From positions 34,257 to 98,256 of the forward strand of contig JAUYHF010000014.1 in the NCBI GenBank assembly GCA_030690165.1: a DNA stretch of 64,000 nt, in the 5' to 3' direction. The notes beneath the pieces are model-generated. The model worked only from the letters and a program-made list of their open reading frames with translations, made no database searches and was not told where the DNA came from. The DNA is from Deltaproteobacteria bacterium (lineage in GTDB: Bacteria; Desulfobacterota; GWC2-55-46; UBA9637). This document shows positions 1 through 10,140 of this stretch, piece after piece. The translations under genes were made by a program, and so were the position numbers. How positions within the stretch are numbered: position 1 is the stretch's first letter; each line of letters opens with the position of its first letter.

Positions 1-1394
1 CCCTTTACATCAAAACCTGAGTCCCTTGCCTTCATTATCCCAAGCCTTGTGGAATCAATCCTGGACATTTGGCCTGCGCCGATCCCTATTGTCTGCCTGC
101 ATTTGGCAAATATTATTGCATTGCTTTTTACATGCTTGCCCACATTCCATGCAAAGAGCAGGTCTTCAAGCTGCGTATCTGTTGGCGCAAGTTTTGTTAC
201 TGTTTTTAAGTCTTGTGCGCACTCAATATCTGCTGTCTGGACAAGCAGGCCGCCGTTGACCTTTTTTAAATCATAGCCAGTAACTTCTGATATATGTGTT
301 TTGAATTCCGGTATTTCAAGAAGCCTTAAGTTTTTCTTATCCTTTAATATCTTGAGTGCATCTGCATCAAAGCCTGGTGCTGTAATAGCCTCAAGAAAGA
401 GCTGGCTCATCTCTTGCGCAGTTTTTGCATCAAGGTTTTTGTTGAAGGCAATAATACCGCCGAATGCAGACACCTTATCGCATGAAAGGGCCTTTTGATA
501 GGCATCCAAAAGGCCTTTTTTTGACATGGCAACACCACAAGGGTTGTTGTGCTTTATTATTGCACAACTCGGCTCATGAAATTCCTTGACCAGTTCAATG
601 GCTGCATTCAAATCTAAAATGTTATTGAATGAAAGCTCTTTGCCGTGCAGTTGTTTTGCATGGGCTACGCAGGGCTTTTTTTCATCCCGATTGTGCTCCA
701 TGTAAAATGCAGCCTGTTGATGAGGGTTTTCTCCATATCTTAAATCCTGAGCCTTTTTAAATTGCATGGTGAGGGTATCGGGGAATTCCTTTTTAACCAC
801 GCCGTCTTCTATCCTTCCGAGGTAATTTGAGATCGCCGCATCATACCTTGCTGTAAGCTGAAAGACCTTTTTTGCAAGATATAATCTTGTCGCCTCTGCT
901 ACTCCGCCGTTCTGTTTTTTCATCTCATCTATAATCATGCCGTAGTCGTCAGGGTCGGTTACAACAGCGACATCCTTATGATTCTTTGCTGCAGCCCTTA
1001 TCATTGTAGGGCCGCCTATGTCAATATTCTCAATAGCCTCTTCCAGTAAGCAGCCCTTTACGACAGTATCTTCAAATGCGTAGAGATTCACAACGACCAT
1101 ATCTATGGGCAATATGCCGTGCTCTTCCATCTGCTTTATATGCTCTTTATTGTCCCTTCTGCCAAGTATGCCGCCGTGGATTTTGGGATGAAGCGTCTTA
1201 AGCCTGCCGTCAAGCATCTCAGGGAAACCTGTATAATTAGATATGCCTATGACAGGCACACCGGCCTTTTTTAAAAGTTCCGCTGTCCCTCCTGTTGATA
1301 TAATCTCTACGTCTAACTTTGTGAGAGCCTTGGCAAATTCCTCAACCCCTTTTTTGTCTGTAACGCTGATAATAGCCCTTCTGATCTTTTTCAT
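1..1394 (-). CDS. purH: Bifunctional AICAR transformylase/IMP cyclohydrolase (3' end runs off window)
   Basis: Manual translation from ATG at 1394: MKKIRRAIISVTDKKG...STGGTA...GRLKTLHPKIHGGIL...IDIGGPTMIRAAAKNH...LRYGENPHQ; absent from ORF track because no stop falls in the window. Confidence 0.95.
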   Translation of the reverse strand, partial: MKKIRRAIISVTDKKGVEEFAKALTKLDVEIISTGGTAELLKKAGVPVIGISNYTGFPEMLDGRLKTLHPKIHGGILGRRDNKEHIKQMEEHGILPIDMVVVNLYAFEDTVVKGCLLEEAIENIDIGGPTMIRAAAKNHKDVAVVTDPDDYGMIIDEMKKQNGGVAEATRLYLAKKVFQLTARYDAAISNYLGRIEDGVVKKEFPDTLTMQFKKAQDLRYGENPHQQAAFYMEHNRDEKKPCVAHAKQLHGKELSFNNILDLNAAIELVKEFHEPSCAIIKHNNPCGVAMSKKGLLDAYQKALSCDKVSAFGGIIAFNKNLDAKTAQEMSQLFLEAITAPGFDADALKILKDKKNLRLLEIPEFKTHISEVTGYDLKKVNGGLLVQTADIECAQDLKTVTKLAPTDTQLEDLLFAWNVGKHVKSNAIIFAKCRQTIGIGAGQMSRIDSTRLGIMKARDSGFDVK

Positions 1395-1410
1395 GCCAAT
1401 ACCCCTAAGT

Positions 1411-2673
1411 TTAATGTTTTGGGAATTCCATCCCTTTTAAAAACTCTTTTTGAAAATGCTGACTCCCTGACAAAGAAATATGTTTTGTCTGCATGGCAAC
1501 ACCCTCCGCCTCTTTTTGCTTTTCTTCTGAACACAAGACAAGCTTTGCGCCGTCAAGCGCTGCATCGCCGACAAATGCCACCTTATCCAGCCACTCCTTT
1601 TCCAATATGCCTATTTGGGCAAGGCTTTCCTTTTTTATATTGTTTCCAAATGCGCCTGCTATGAATATCCTGTCAATGTCAAAAGGCGTTACCTGGGCCT
1701 TTTTTAAAAGGAGTTTTATGCCTGCCTGAATTGCGCCTTTTGCTAACTGAATCTCTCTGACATCATTTTGTGTAATTGTTATCTCTCTCTTCGCATCCTT
1801 GTAAAGTATAAACTCATTGCCTTGTAGGGGCGAACCTATGTGTTCGTCTATTCTATTTGCAATATTGCCTTCTACCTCATCCCTATTTTTTATCCTGCCT
1901 GATTTATCTATAATGCCAACGTTTAATAATTTTGCAATAGAATCTATTATGCCTGAGCCGCAGATGCCTTCAGGCATAACATTTCCTATCACATCCAAGA
2001 TAGCCTTATCGTTTTTAATCTCTATGCCTTGAATTGCGCCATGTTTTGCTATCAAGCCATATTTTATTGAACCACCTTCAAACGCAGGGCCTGCTGCTGT
2101 TGATGTTGCAAATATGGCTTTTTCTGAACCCAGCGCTGTTTCATTGTTGGTTCCTATGTCAATTAAAAGACTATATCCTTTTCTTTTATGTATTTCAGTT
2201 GAAAGGATGCCGGCAACAGTATCTCCCCCTATAAAACCTCCTATCAGAGGGAAGGTATAAATATATGTCTCTGGATTCACAATAAGGCCAATTGCACCAG
2301 CCCTTATTTGCTTTGCCTCTTTAAAAGCAGGTTTATACGGAACCTTTACAAGCAAGGCAGGCGATATGCCCAGGAAAAGATGTTCCATTACTGAATTGCC
2401 TGTTGCAACAACGAATTTAACATCCTGCGGATCTATCAGATTCTTTATAATCTCATTACATGCATTAACCACTGCCTCCTGCATGGATTTAAGCATCTCC
2501 GGATTATTAACCGTTGCTGCAATCCTTGAAAGCACATCCCTTCCCCATTTCATCTGGGGGTTAGGTAGAAATGCAGTCTTTTTTTCCTTGCAGCTATTTA
2601 AATCCACAAGAGAGCCGACAATTGTTGTGGTGCCTATATCAAAGGCAATGCCAGGCTTTTCCCATTTTGTCAT
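1411..2673 (-). CDS. ASKHA-domain ATPase, RACo/DUF4445 family (corrinoid reductive activator-like), lacking the N-terminal 2Fe-2S domain
   Basis: DIGTTT, NPQxxxGxDVLSRI, DIGTNxE, AAGPAFEG, GICGSG and AGAFG motifs. Confidence 0.85.
   Translation of the reverse strand: MTKWEKPGIAFDIGTTTIVGSLVDLNSCKEKKTAFLPNPQMKWGRDVLSRIAATVNNPEMLKSMQEAVVNACNEIIKNLIDPQDVKFVVATGNSVMEHLFLGISPALLVKVPYKPAFKEAKQIRAGAIGLIVNPETYIYTFPLIGGFIGGDTVAGILSTEIHKRKGYSLLIDIGTNNETALGSEKAIFATSTAAGPAFEGGSIKYGLIAKHGAIQGIEIKNDKAILDVIGNVMPEGICGSGIIDSIAKLLNVGIIDKSGRIKNRDEVEGNIANRIDEHIGSPLQGNEFILYKDAKREITITQNDVREIQLAKGAIQAGIKLLLKKAQVTPFDIDRIFIAGAFGNNIKKESLAQIGILEKEWLDKVAFVGDAALDGAKLVLCSEEKQKEAEGVAMQTKHISLSGSQHFQKEFLKGMEFPKH
1824..1849 (+). 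repeat. GTAG-type REP-like hairpin inside the ASKHA CDS
   Basis: GTAGGGGCGAACCTATGTGTTCGTCT: GTAG followed by a CGAAC/GTTCG stem. Confidence 0.6.
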
Positions 2674-4175
2674 TATTTCGTTATAAGAGAACCGACGCTG
2701 CTCAAAAGGTATTTTATGTCCTCATCCTCAAAGTGGAGGCCTATGCCAACATAGGGAGAGGCAAGCTTTAATCTGCTTACAAAATCATCATATCCGGCAG
2801 CGATAAGAAAGTATTTATTCAGGTTAAGCGTCAAACCTGCCTTGAGATGCGGGTTTCTCTTTTTATCAAAGTCAAAGGCCTCGAATGTAAATATAAGGCG
2901 GTCTTTAAACATGTAGTAATCCATCCCTACCCCGCCTGTTGATTCTATGATGCCTCCTCTAATCGTTAAATCCTTAAACCGCTTTGCAACCTGCACGCTG
3001 AATTTAAGGCTGTCCGAGGTCTTAAGCTCTTTTGTAGTGGTAGTGGTTGTTCCTACCGTGGTTTCCGTGGTCTCAGTCCTTCTCTTTCCCCTTGGGTCGT
3101 CTATTGCCTCTATAAGGTAATATTTATCCGCCTTTGGCTGGAGCTTAAGGGAAAGATAGGTCTTTGTGTCGCTTGCGTCAAAAAGATATTCACCCCTGTA
3201 GCCTATAAACGTTTTGAAAGACTCAACCCTGCCGAGATAGCTGTTTATGCCTGTCAGGGTCTTGTTAAAATTGTCATGGACTGATGTGTCATTTATAAGT
3301 TTGCCGAGGGTCCCCTCGCCCTTATCTATTTTTTTGACAATGCTGTTTATACTGTTTACAGAGTCGTCTATTTTCGGTTCAACATTCTTTGCAAGCCGGT
3401 TTATTGTGTCCATAGTCTCGCCTAATTTTTGGGTCGCTGACTTTAGATTGCCGAAACCGTCTTTTAGTGTGTCTTTATTCTCCGCGATCACCTGATTCAG
3501 ATTATCCGCCACTTCCTTTAACCCCTTAAGTATATCAGGCCCTCTTCCTTTTAAGTCCTCAGAAAACACCTCAAAATTACTTACTATCCTTCCAAACTTT
3601 TCATCATTGGTTTTTACCACCCTGTTAATTCGGTCGGTAATCTCCTCTATGTTGACCACAATCTTTTTCAGCGATGCCTGCCCTTCGCTTCCCCCCAATA
3701 CATTGCCAATGGATTCGGTCGCCTTTTTAATATCAGCGGCTGCATCGCCTAAAATGCCTATAAGCTTGTCTATGTCTGTATATGTGGTTATTCTTGTAAG
3801 TTCCCCGCCATGCTCTAATGAGGGGGCATTAGGAGAGCCGGGTACAAGCTCAACATATCTCTCGCCAAGAAGCCCCTTTGTCTTTAATATAGCAGTGAAA
3901 TCCTTGCCTATCTTTACATCAGGTTTTATTCTTAATGTCACCTTGGCCTTGTTATTCTGCAGGGCAATATCCTTTATCCTGCCAATCTCCACACCAGCCA
4001 CCCGTACAGAGGCATCCTTGTCAAGGCCTGCCGCGGAGTCAAATCTTATAGATATTTCATAGCCCTCTTCTCTTCCAAATTGTATTCCACCAACGCGGAG
4101 AGACATGTAGACAAGGAGTATTATCCCTATAAGAACAAATATGCCTACCCTTGCCTCTGGGCTTAACTTTAGCAT
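2673..4175 (-). CDS. mlaD: MCE/MlaD family protein with long helical region and C-terminal beta-rich domain
   Basis: N-terminal TM, FDSAAGL...VRVAGVEIG, GLLGERYVEL MCE motifs; adjacent to mlaEF. Confidence 0.85.
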   Translation of the reverse strand: MLKLSPEARVGIFVLIGIILLVYMSLRVGGIQFGREEGYEISIRFDSAAGLDKDASVRVAGVEIGRIKDIALQNNKAKVTLRIKPDVKIGKDFTAILKTKGLLGERYVELVPGSPNAPSLEHGGELTRITTYTDIDKLIGILGDAAADIKKATESIGNVLGGSEGQASLKKIVVNIEEITDRINRVVKTNDEKFGRIVSNFEVFSEDLKGRGPDILKGLKEVADNLNQVIAENKDTLKDGFGNLKSATQKLGETMDTINRLAKNVEPKIDDSVNSINSIVKKIDKGEGTLGKLINDTSVHDNFNKTLTGINSYLGRVESFKTFIGYRGEYLFDASDTKTYLSLKLQPKADKYYLIEAIDDPRGKRRTETTETTVGTTTTTTKELKTSDSLKFSVQVAKRFKDLTIRGGIIESTGGVGMDYYMFKDRLIFTFEAFDFDKKRNPHLKAGLTLNLNKYFLIAAGYDDFVSRLKLASPYVGIGLHFEDEDIKYLLSSVGSLITK

Positions 4176-4176
4176 A

Positions 4177-4923
4177 TCACATTACCTTTATCGGGCCTTC
4201 TGCCCTTCCTTCTAAAAACTGTCTTAATATCGGGTTTTGGCAATTTTTCATATAATCCACAGCGCCTTGCTCCACAATCTTTCCCTCATGAAGCATGGCA
4301 ATCTTGTCCGCTATCTTATAGGTTAATGGTATATCGTGGGTTATAACAATATAGGTTGTTTTTAAATCCCTTTGTGTATCAAGTATAAGGGTTGCAATAT
4401 TATCAGACATGACAGGGTCGAGGCCTGTTGTAGGCTCATCAAAAAGGACTATCTCGGGGTCCATTGCAATAGCCCTTGCAAGACCTACCCTCTTTTTCAT
4501 GCCGCCGCTTAAGTCCGCAGGCATCATATTTTCAATATCCTTGAGCCCAACCTTTCTGAGTTTTTCCTTAACAATCTTTTTTAAATCAGTCTCAGGCATC
4601 TCTGTATGCTCCCTTAATGGGAATGCCACATTTTCTCCCACTGTCATGGAATCAAACAGCGCTGCGCCCTGAAAAAGCATGCCGAACCTTCTCCGCACCT
4701 CATTCAGTTCCCTTTCAGTCATCTTTGTAATATCCTGGCCGTCAAGGAGTATCTCGCCGGAGTCGGGCCGCAATAAGCCTATTATATGTTTTATAAGAAC
4801 ACTCTTCCCCTCGCCGCTCCTTCCGATTATAACTGTTATCCGCCCCTTTTCTATCTCCAGATTTGTGTCGTCAAGAACCTTTTTGCTGTTAAAGGATTTT
4901 TTTAGGTCAATTATCTGTATCAT
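4177..4923 (-). CDS. mlaF: ABC transporter ATPase MlaF
   Basis: GRSGEGKS, LFQGAALFDS, LSGGMKKRVGLARA, DEPTTGLDP. Confidence 0.92.
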   Translation of the reverse strand: MIQIIDLKKSFNSKKVLDDTNLEIEKGRITVIIGRSGEGKSVLIKHIIGLLRPDSGEILLDGQDITKMTERELNEVRRRFGMLFQGAALFDSMTVGENVAFPLREHTEMPETDLKKIVKEKLRKVGLKDIENMMPADLSGGMKKRVGLARAIAMDPEIVLFDEPTTGLDPVMSDNIATLILDTQRDLKTTYIVITHDIPLTYKIADKIAMLHEGKIVEQGAVDYMKNCQNPILRQFLEGRAEGPIKVM

Positions 4924-4930
4924 AAATCAA

Positions 4931-4992
4931 AGTCACCAAGTTACCAGTCTTCTGCGGTAACCTGTGACAGGTGTCTGGTGAGATGGTGTCAT
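4931..4992. repeat. Degenerate inverted heptamer array (GTCACCA/TGGTGAC type) at the mlaE-mlaF junction
   Basis: agtcaccaagttaccag...ggtaacctgtgacaggtgtctggtgagatggtgtc. Confidence 0.55.
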
Positions 4993-4995
4993 TTT

Positions 4996-5766
4996 TTAAA
5001 GCATCACGGATGTGAGAAAATAATCAGAAATGAGTATCGTCACACATCCGAGAACAACTGATTTTGTGGCAGACTCACCCACACCAGCAGCGCCGCCGAC
5101 AGTATTAAAACCGTGATAGCAGGCTGCAAGAGAGAGTATAAGACCAAAGACAGAGGCCTTTATAAGGCCGTCAAAGATATCCTGCGGTTTTACAAAATCT
5201 ACGGTCCGCCCTATGTAAACACCGGAGTTTATGCCGAGCATCTTAACGCCCACAAAATACCCCCCCAGCACCCCGACGAAGTCAGTAATAACAGCAAGCA
5301 CCGGCAGCATAAGCACCCCTGCCAAAATCCTGGGAGAGACAAGATATTTTATGGGATTTACAGCCATTGTATAAAGGGCGTCTATCTGTTCTGTAACCCT
5401 CATTGTGCCCAATTCAGTAGCCATTGCAGAGCCTGCCCTGCCTGTAACCATAAGCCCTGTTAAAACAGGTCCAAGCTCCCTTGCCATGCTCAGAGCAACA
5501 GTGGGGCCGACAAGGCTTTCTGCCCCAAACCTTTTCAAGGCATTGTAGCTTTGAAGGGCCAGAACAGCGCCTGTGAATGCGCCTGTAAGTATAACCACAA
5601 ATAAGCTTTTTACGCCCACAAACTCCATCTGTCTAAAGATGTTCCTTAGTTTTAACGGCGGGACAAACATCCATGCCGCAGCATGAAACAACATGAGGGC
5701 CATCCCGCCTGCTAAGTTTACTACCCTGCCTGCCCATTTGCCAAGACCTTCAAAGAATTCTCTCAT
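4996..5766 (-). CDS. mlaE: ABC permease MlaE
   Basis: RELGPVLTGLMVTGRAGSAMATELGTMRVTEQIDAL. Confidence 0.93.
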   Translation of the reverse strand: MREFFEGLGKWAGRVVNLAGGMALMLFHAAAWMFVPPLKLRNIFRQMEFVGVKSLFVVILTGAFTGAVLALQSYNALKRFGAESLVGPTVALSMARELGPVLTGLMVTGRAGSAMATELGTMRVTEQIDALYTMAVNPIKYLVSPRILAGVLMLPVLAVITDFVGVLGGYFVGVKMLGINSGVYIGRTVDFVKPQDIFDGLIKASVFGLILSLAACYHGFNTVGGAAGVGESATKSVVLGCVTILISDYFLTSVML

Positions 5767-6896
5767 ATATATATTCTCGGAACCCTGCTTGTTATCCCAC
5801 AGAGTATTTCATAAGATATAGCGCCTGCCTTTTCTGCGAGTTCATCTACAGTAATCTTGTCATCACCTTGTTTTCCTATGAGAACTGCTTCATCCCCTTG
5901 CTCTACGCCTTTTATGTGGGTAACATCCAGCATTGTAATATCCATGCATATTGCTCCGGCCACCTTTGCCCGCTGGCCCCTTATCAAAACCTCTCCTTTA
6001 TTAGAAAGGGAGCGGGGATAACCGTCTCCATAACCGATAGGTATTGCGGCTACGATGCTGTCTTTTTTAGTTATGTATTTTCTTCCGTAACTTACGGAAA
6101 AACCCTTTGGCGCCTGTTTAATATGAACTATCTGCGTAACGAGTCTCAGGGCCGGCTTAAGGTCTATCTTTCCAATCATGTGCCCGGCTGGGTATGCGCC
6201 GTAAAGCATAATGCCGGGTCTGACCAGATTGAAGTGTGAATCCGCATGTTTTACAATTGCGGCGCTGTTTGAGATATGTATTAACCTCGGATTAAATCCA
6301 ATATCATGGACAGCCTTTATTATCCTCAGGAAAAGATTTAACTGTTCTGTTGAAAACTCTTTATCTTCCTCATCTGCCTCCGCGAAATGGGAAAGAATGC
6401 CGTCCACCTCCAGATTGGCAAGCCCTTTAATGGTTTTAAAAAACGGCGACACCTGATAAGAAAGCAGTCCGAGCCTCCCCATACCGGTGTCAATCTTTAT
6501 ATGAACCTTAATCCGTTTTCCAGTTTTGCCTGCAAGGGTATCTATTATCCTTGCCGTCTCTATATCAAATATCACCGGCGTCAGATCATATTCTATGACA
6601 TCCCTGATCTGATTCGGATAAATGCCGCCGAGAATAATGACGGCCGATTTAACGCCAGCCTCTCTTAACTCTACCCCTTCTTCACACATGGCAACGGCAA
6701 AGAAATTGCACCCAGCATGTTCCAGGGTTTTTGCTACTTCTACAGCGCCATGGCCATAGGCATTTGCCTTGACCACTGCAAGCATCTCCACATCTTTTGC
6801 AATATTTTTTTTTAACTCAAAGTAATTTGATTTAATAGCAGCCCTGTCTACAATGGCTAATGTTGGCCTTCTTTCCAATATATCCAATCCTTTCAC
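5763..6896 (-). CDS. alr: Alanine racemase
   Basis: AVVKANAYGHG, HIKIDTGMGRLG, VRPGIMLYG, GYGDG, ICMD. Confidence 0.96.
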   Translation of the reverse strand: MKGLDILERRPTLAIVDRAAIKSNYFELKKNIAKDVEMLAVVKANAYGHGAVEVAKTLEHAGCNFFAVAMCEEGVELREAGVKSAVIILGGIYPNQIRDVIEYDLTPVIFDIETARIIDTLAGKTGKRIKVHIKIDTGMGRLGLLSYQVSPFFKTIKGLANLEVDGILSHFAEADEEDKEFSTEQLNLFLRIIKAVHDIGFNPRLIHISNSAAIVKHADSHFNLVRPGIMLYGAYPAGHMIGKIDLKPALRLVTQIVHIKQAPKGFSVSYGRKYITKKDSIVAAIPIGYGDGYPRSLSNKGEVLIRGQRAKVAGAICMDITMLDVTHIKGVEQGDEAVLIGKQGDDKITVDELAEKAGAISYEILCGITSRVPRIYI

Positions 6897-7015
6897 AGGT
6901 TACAGGCTATTTAATACCTTATTCGGCCGATAGTGTAAAGTAAAATTTGATAGGATTTGGTATGCCCCCATGGTCATCGGGGCGATATAAATTGGGAAGT
7001 GGGAATTGGGAAGTA

Positions 7016-7840
7016 TTATCCTGCACTCTTGGCTAATGCCTGAAGTTCTTTCCTTTGTTTCAGTTTTTTAATAGCCGCGTTTTCTATCTGTCTTACCCTT
7101 TCCCTTGTTATCCCAAGCCCGTCTCCTATCTCCTGCAGAGTTAAGGAAGGCTCGGCTATAAACCTGTTTTCTATAACATATCGTTCTTTTTCTTTTAGGG
7201 CTGAAAGGGCATTTGATATTTTATCTTTTACAATACTGTCTTCCTGGCCGACAAGGGCAGTATCTTCCGGGTTATATGATGTATCAGGAAGCATATCAAG
7301 ATATGTAACATCGTCTTCTCCAATCTCGTTGTCAAGAGATAGGTCGCGACATTCCGCATCTTCTGATGGCAAATTCCCAATCCCCGGTTCTGACTCTTGA
7401 CTCCTGTATTCTGACTCCTGACTTCTTTCATTATTCCTCTCAAGTTGATAAAAAAGTTTCTTTTTAAGGTTGACTGCGCCTTTACTAACAAGACTCCAGT
7501 TCTTTAATATAAATGCCTGGATATGAGACCTTATCCACCAAACCGCATAGGTGATGAGGCGATAACCCTTGAACGGGTCAAATTTCTTTACCGCCTTCAT
7601 CAGTCCGATATTACCCTCCTGGATGAGGTCGGCCAGCCTTAACCCATAGTTCCTGTATCCCATAGCAATCTTTACAACAAATCTTAAGTTTGAGGTTATG
7701 AGCTTATGGGCAGCATCAATATCATTCTGTTCCCTGAAACGGACAGCAAGCGCAAACTCCTCATCTTTTGACAGGAGAGGAAATCTGTTTATCTGGACAA
7801 GATATGGTTGAAGATAATTGGATAATATAAGTTGTGTCAT
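7016..7840 (-). CDS. rpoH: RNA polymerase sigma factor, RpoH/sigma-32-like
   Basis: DLIQEGNIGLMKAVKKFDP, WWIRSHIQAFILKNWSLV, degenerate RpoH box KKKLFYQL, region 4 HTH; start moved to ATG 7840. Confidence 0.8.
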   Translation of the reverse strand: MTQLILSNYLQPYLVQINRFPLLSKDEEFALAVRFREQNDIDAAHKLITSNLRFVVKIAMGYRNYGLRLADLIQEGNIGLMKAVKKFDPFKGYRLITYAVWWIRSHIQAFILKNWSLVSKGAVNLKKKLFYQLERNNERSQESEYRSQESEPGIGNLPSEDAECRDLSLDNEIGEDDVTYLDMLPDTSYNPEDTALVGQEDSIVKDKISNALSALKEKERYVIENRFIAEPSLTLQEIGDGLGITRERVRQIENAAIKKLKQRKELQALAKSAG

Positions 7841-7845
7841 AAAAA

Positions 7846-7935
7846 AGTCACACGTCACAAGTGATTACGTCACCAGTCATAACCAGTCATAAGTGACAAG
7901 TTACTTGTGACTGGTGACTATGGTTTGTAGACTGG
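7846..7935. repeat. Inverted heptamer array (GTCACCA/TGGTGAC type) between atpE and rpoH
   Basis: agtcacacgtcacaag...gtcaccagtcat...ttgtgactggtgact. Confidence 0.7.
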
Positions 7936-7939
7936 ATTA

Positions 7940-8305
7940 TTACCCAGCTATTACATATTTAATAAGCGGGTTTGCATACAACAGAATCAATGCAATGACC
8001 AGGACATATATGGCCAGCGATTCTATCATGGCCAAGCCTACCAGCATTGTGGTTAGTATCTGTCCGGATGCTCCGGGATTCCTTGCTATACCTTCCAACG
8101 CGCTTTTAAGGGCATTACTTTGTGCAAAAGCAGCTCCAATGGCAGCGATGGCCATTCCAAACCCGGCAACTAGGACAACCACTATAAAGAATGTAGTGTT
8201 GCCGCCACCGGATGACCTTATCCCTTCTTCAGCAGCCATTACAACCGGAGAATAGCCTGCAAGGAAAACGATTGCAATGACAACTGTTAATAGTATTTTT
8301 TTCAT
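7940..8305 (-). CDS. atpE: ATP synthase Fo subunit c with N-terminal extension
   Basis: GIARNPGA loop, IESLAIY carboxylate motif. Confidence 0.95.
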   Translation of the reverse strand: MKKILLTVVIAIVFLAGYSPVVMAAEEGIRSSGGGNTTFFIVVVLVAGFGMAIAAIGAAFAQSNALKSALEGIARNPGASGQILTTMLVGLAMIESLAIYVLVIALILLYANPLIKYVIAG

Positions 8306-8326
8306 ATTTACCTCCTTTCTATTAAA

Positions 8327-8396
8327 TTAGTGTTGAGCTGTGAGTGTTAAGTGTTGGGTTTTTTACTTAACACTTTTCACTAATCACTTAACACTG
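8327..8396. repeat. Inverted heptamer array (AGTGTTA/TAACACT) between atpB and atpE
   Basis: ttagtgttgagctgtgagtgttaagtgttg...acttaacacttttcactaatcacttaacactg. Confidence 0.8.
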
Positions 8397-8403
8397 CATT
8401 GTA

Positions 8404-9060
8404 CTAATGCTCTTCTTCCAGCGCCCCTCCGATATACATCGTTGCGAGCAAAGAAAATATGAATGCCTGTATAAAGCTCACCAGGATGCCTAACATCTGA
8501 ACCGGCACCGGCACAAAGAAAGGGGCCAGGAGCATCAGGATCCCGATAATCAATTCGTGTCCCATCATATTCCCAAAAAGACGCAGGGATAATGACACAG
8601 GTCTGAACAGATGGCCGAGGACCTCAATGGGTATCATTAACGGCGCAAGCCACCACACTGGACCCACAAAGCGTTTGATATACTTCAGCCCATGCTCTTT
8701 GATGCCGATTATGTGTGTTGCAAAAAAAACAACCAGTGCCAAGCCTGCCGTAGTGTTTAGATTCGCTGTGGGTGGCAGCAGACCCGGTATCAAACCTATG
8801 AGGTTCGAAATGAGGATATACAAACCCAACGTTGCAATAAACGGAAAATATTTTTTGCCGTGATGCCCCATTGTCTCTTCCACTAAATTTTTAATGCCTT
8901 CAAGCAAAAGCTCCACAATGCTCTGAGCAGTATTGTTAGGAACCAGGGTTAATCTTTTTGAGACAAAATAGCTGAACAGACCAAGGCATAAAATGATATA
9001 AAACATCATTGCTGTATGAGCTTGCAAGCCGAATAATGGAAGTATTATTTGCGGATGCAT
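8404..9060 (-). CDS. atpB: ATP synthase Fo subunit a
   Basis: [25 protein letters not shown]. Confidence 0.96.
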   Translation of the reverse strand: MHPQIILPLFGLQAHTAMMFYIILCLGLFSYFVSKRLTLVPNNTAQSIVELLLEGIKNLVEETMGHHGKKYFPFIATLGLYILISNLIGLIPGLLPPTANLNTTAGLALVVFFATHIIGIKEHGLKYIKRFVGPVWWLAPLMIPIEVLGHLFRPVSLSLRLFGNMMGHELIIGILMLLAPFFVPVPVQMLGILVSFIQAFIFSLLATMYIGGALEEEH

Positions 9061-9061
9061 A

Positions 9062-9520
9062 TCAGGCTGCCTCCTTTCTCTGCTTAATGCCCCTGCTTAC
9101 TACCACTGGGGCAGGCTCTGTAGGGACATGTTTTGAAAAATATATCGCAGCTAAAAGTGTAGTTATTATTATTATGCTAAAACCTATAATAAGCCCCACA
9201 GGGTCAGCGAGATTTTTTGAAACCAGTATGCCTATGATAAAAATGGTTGCAATAAACCTTATATAATACCTTGTTATAACAAACCGCTGTGCATTGTCAG
9301 GCTTGAATAAAAAACCGCTTTTTACAGTCCGCGCCAATATAGAGAGATTTGCCATGCCAATGACAGTTCCGATAATAACACTTAAAACCATAAAAGTTGA
9401 GCTAACAATCGCAGTAATAATAAAGGCAATCGCAGAGATAATTAAATTTGCCCTTCCCACCTTTACAAACAGAGGATGAAGTATATCAAAATTAATCTGC
9501 TGAATGGCGTTAGTAACCAT
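9062..9520 (-). CDS. atpI: ATP synthase protein I
   Basis: Four TM segments with YYIRF; position upstream of atpB. Confidence 0.75.
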   Translation of the reverse strand: MVTNAIQQINFDILHPLFVKVGRANLIISAIAFIITAIVSSTFMVLSVIIGTVIGMANLSILARTVKSGFLFKPDNAQRFVITRYYIRFIATIFIIGILVSKNLADPVGLIIGFSIIIITTLLAAIYFSKHVPTEPAPVVVSRGIKQRKEAA

Positions 9521-9725
9521 ACTTCTTTATCAATGTATAGATATTTCTAAATCCTGCTACTATACCAATTATCAGGAATATTATTGTAAACCACGGGTCG
9601 GTAGAAAATACCCTGTCTAAATAAACACCTATATAGAGCCCTACAAAGGTGGCAACCACCATGGATATGCCAAGGGAGGACAGCCATGTCACCTTTTTAA
9701 GGAAGCCCTCATTCTTTTCTTCCAT
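9510..9725 (-). CDS. atpZ: AtpZ/AtpI family small membrane protein
   Basis: GVYLDRVFSTDPWFTIIFLIIGIVAGFRN. Confidence 0.8.
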   Translation of the reverse strand: MEEKNEGFLKKVTWLSSLGISMVVATFVGLYIGVYLDRVFSTDPWFTIIFLIIGIVAGFRNIYTLIKKYGY

Positions 9726-9820
9726 GTCTTCCTAAAAAAGAAGTTACTTCTAACATGGATTAAAATTTAAGTCAATATTTTTTATTCCCTTTTCCCCTGG
9801 CAATAAACAGTTCAATATCC

Positions 9821-9907
9821 TGGTGCCGGAGGGGGGAATCGAACCCCCATGAGGTTGCCCTCGCGGGATTTTGAGTCCCGTGCGTCTACCAATTTCACCA
9901 CTCCGGC
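9821..9907 (-). tRNA. tRNA-Leu(CAA)
   Basis: Reverse complement GCCGGAGTGGTGAAATTGGTAGACGCACGGGACTCAAAATCCCG...GGTTCGATTCCCCCCTCCGGCACCA; long variable arm, encoded CCA. Confidence 0.95.
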
Positions 9908-10027
9908 ATATTTGTTTTTAAACCTAACATAAGGATATTTTATCTGTCAAGGATAAATCATTTATAGGGTTACAAATTTATAAAATTTGGCAATGCAAAA
10001 ATTTGGTTAAAATCTGTTAAATTTCTC

Positions 10028-10056
10028 TTGACAAACTTTTAGAGCAGGACTATAGT
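10028..10056 (+). promoter_or_regulatory. Sigma70 promoter of the dcw cluster
   Basis: TTGACA-N17-TATAGT. Confidence 0.8.
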
Positions 10057-10065
10057 TTATGCCAA

Positions 10066-10090
10066 GTGGGATAAAGTGGAATAAAGTGGA
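10066..10090 (+). promoter_or_regulatory. MraZ binding repeats
   Basis: GTGGG/GTGGA three times at 10-nt period, just upstream of mraZ. Confidence 0.8.
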
Positions 10091-10140
10091 ATATCACCAC
10101 ACCAAGGATTTTGGTGGGGGGGAAAGAAAGGGGATAGACT

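Noticed and set aside
26..1440. Short plus-strand ORFs here and similar antisense ORFs throughout the window
   Set aside because: They are shadows of well-supported genes on the opposite strand
7940..8305. Na+-specific c-ring
   Set aside because: Q and ES are present but ESLAIY lacks the Thr of the full Na+ motif, so specificity cannot be decided from sequence
10066..10090. 10-nt period repeat upstream of mraZ as a novel element
   Set aside because: It matches the known MraZ operator architecture
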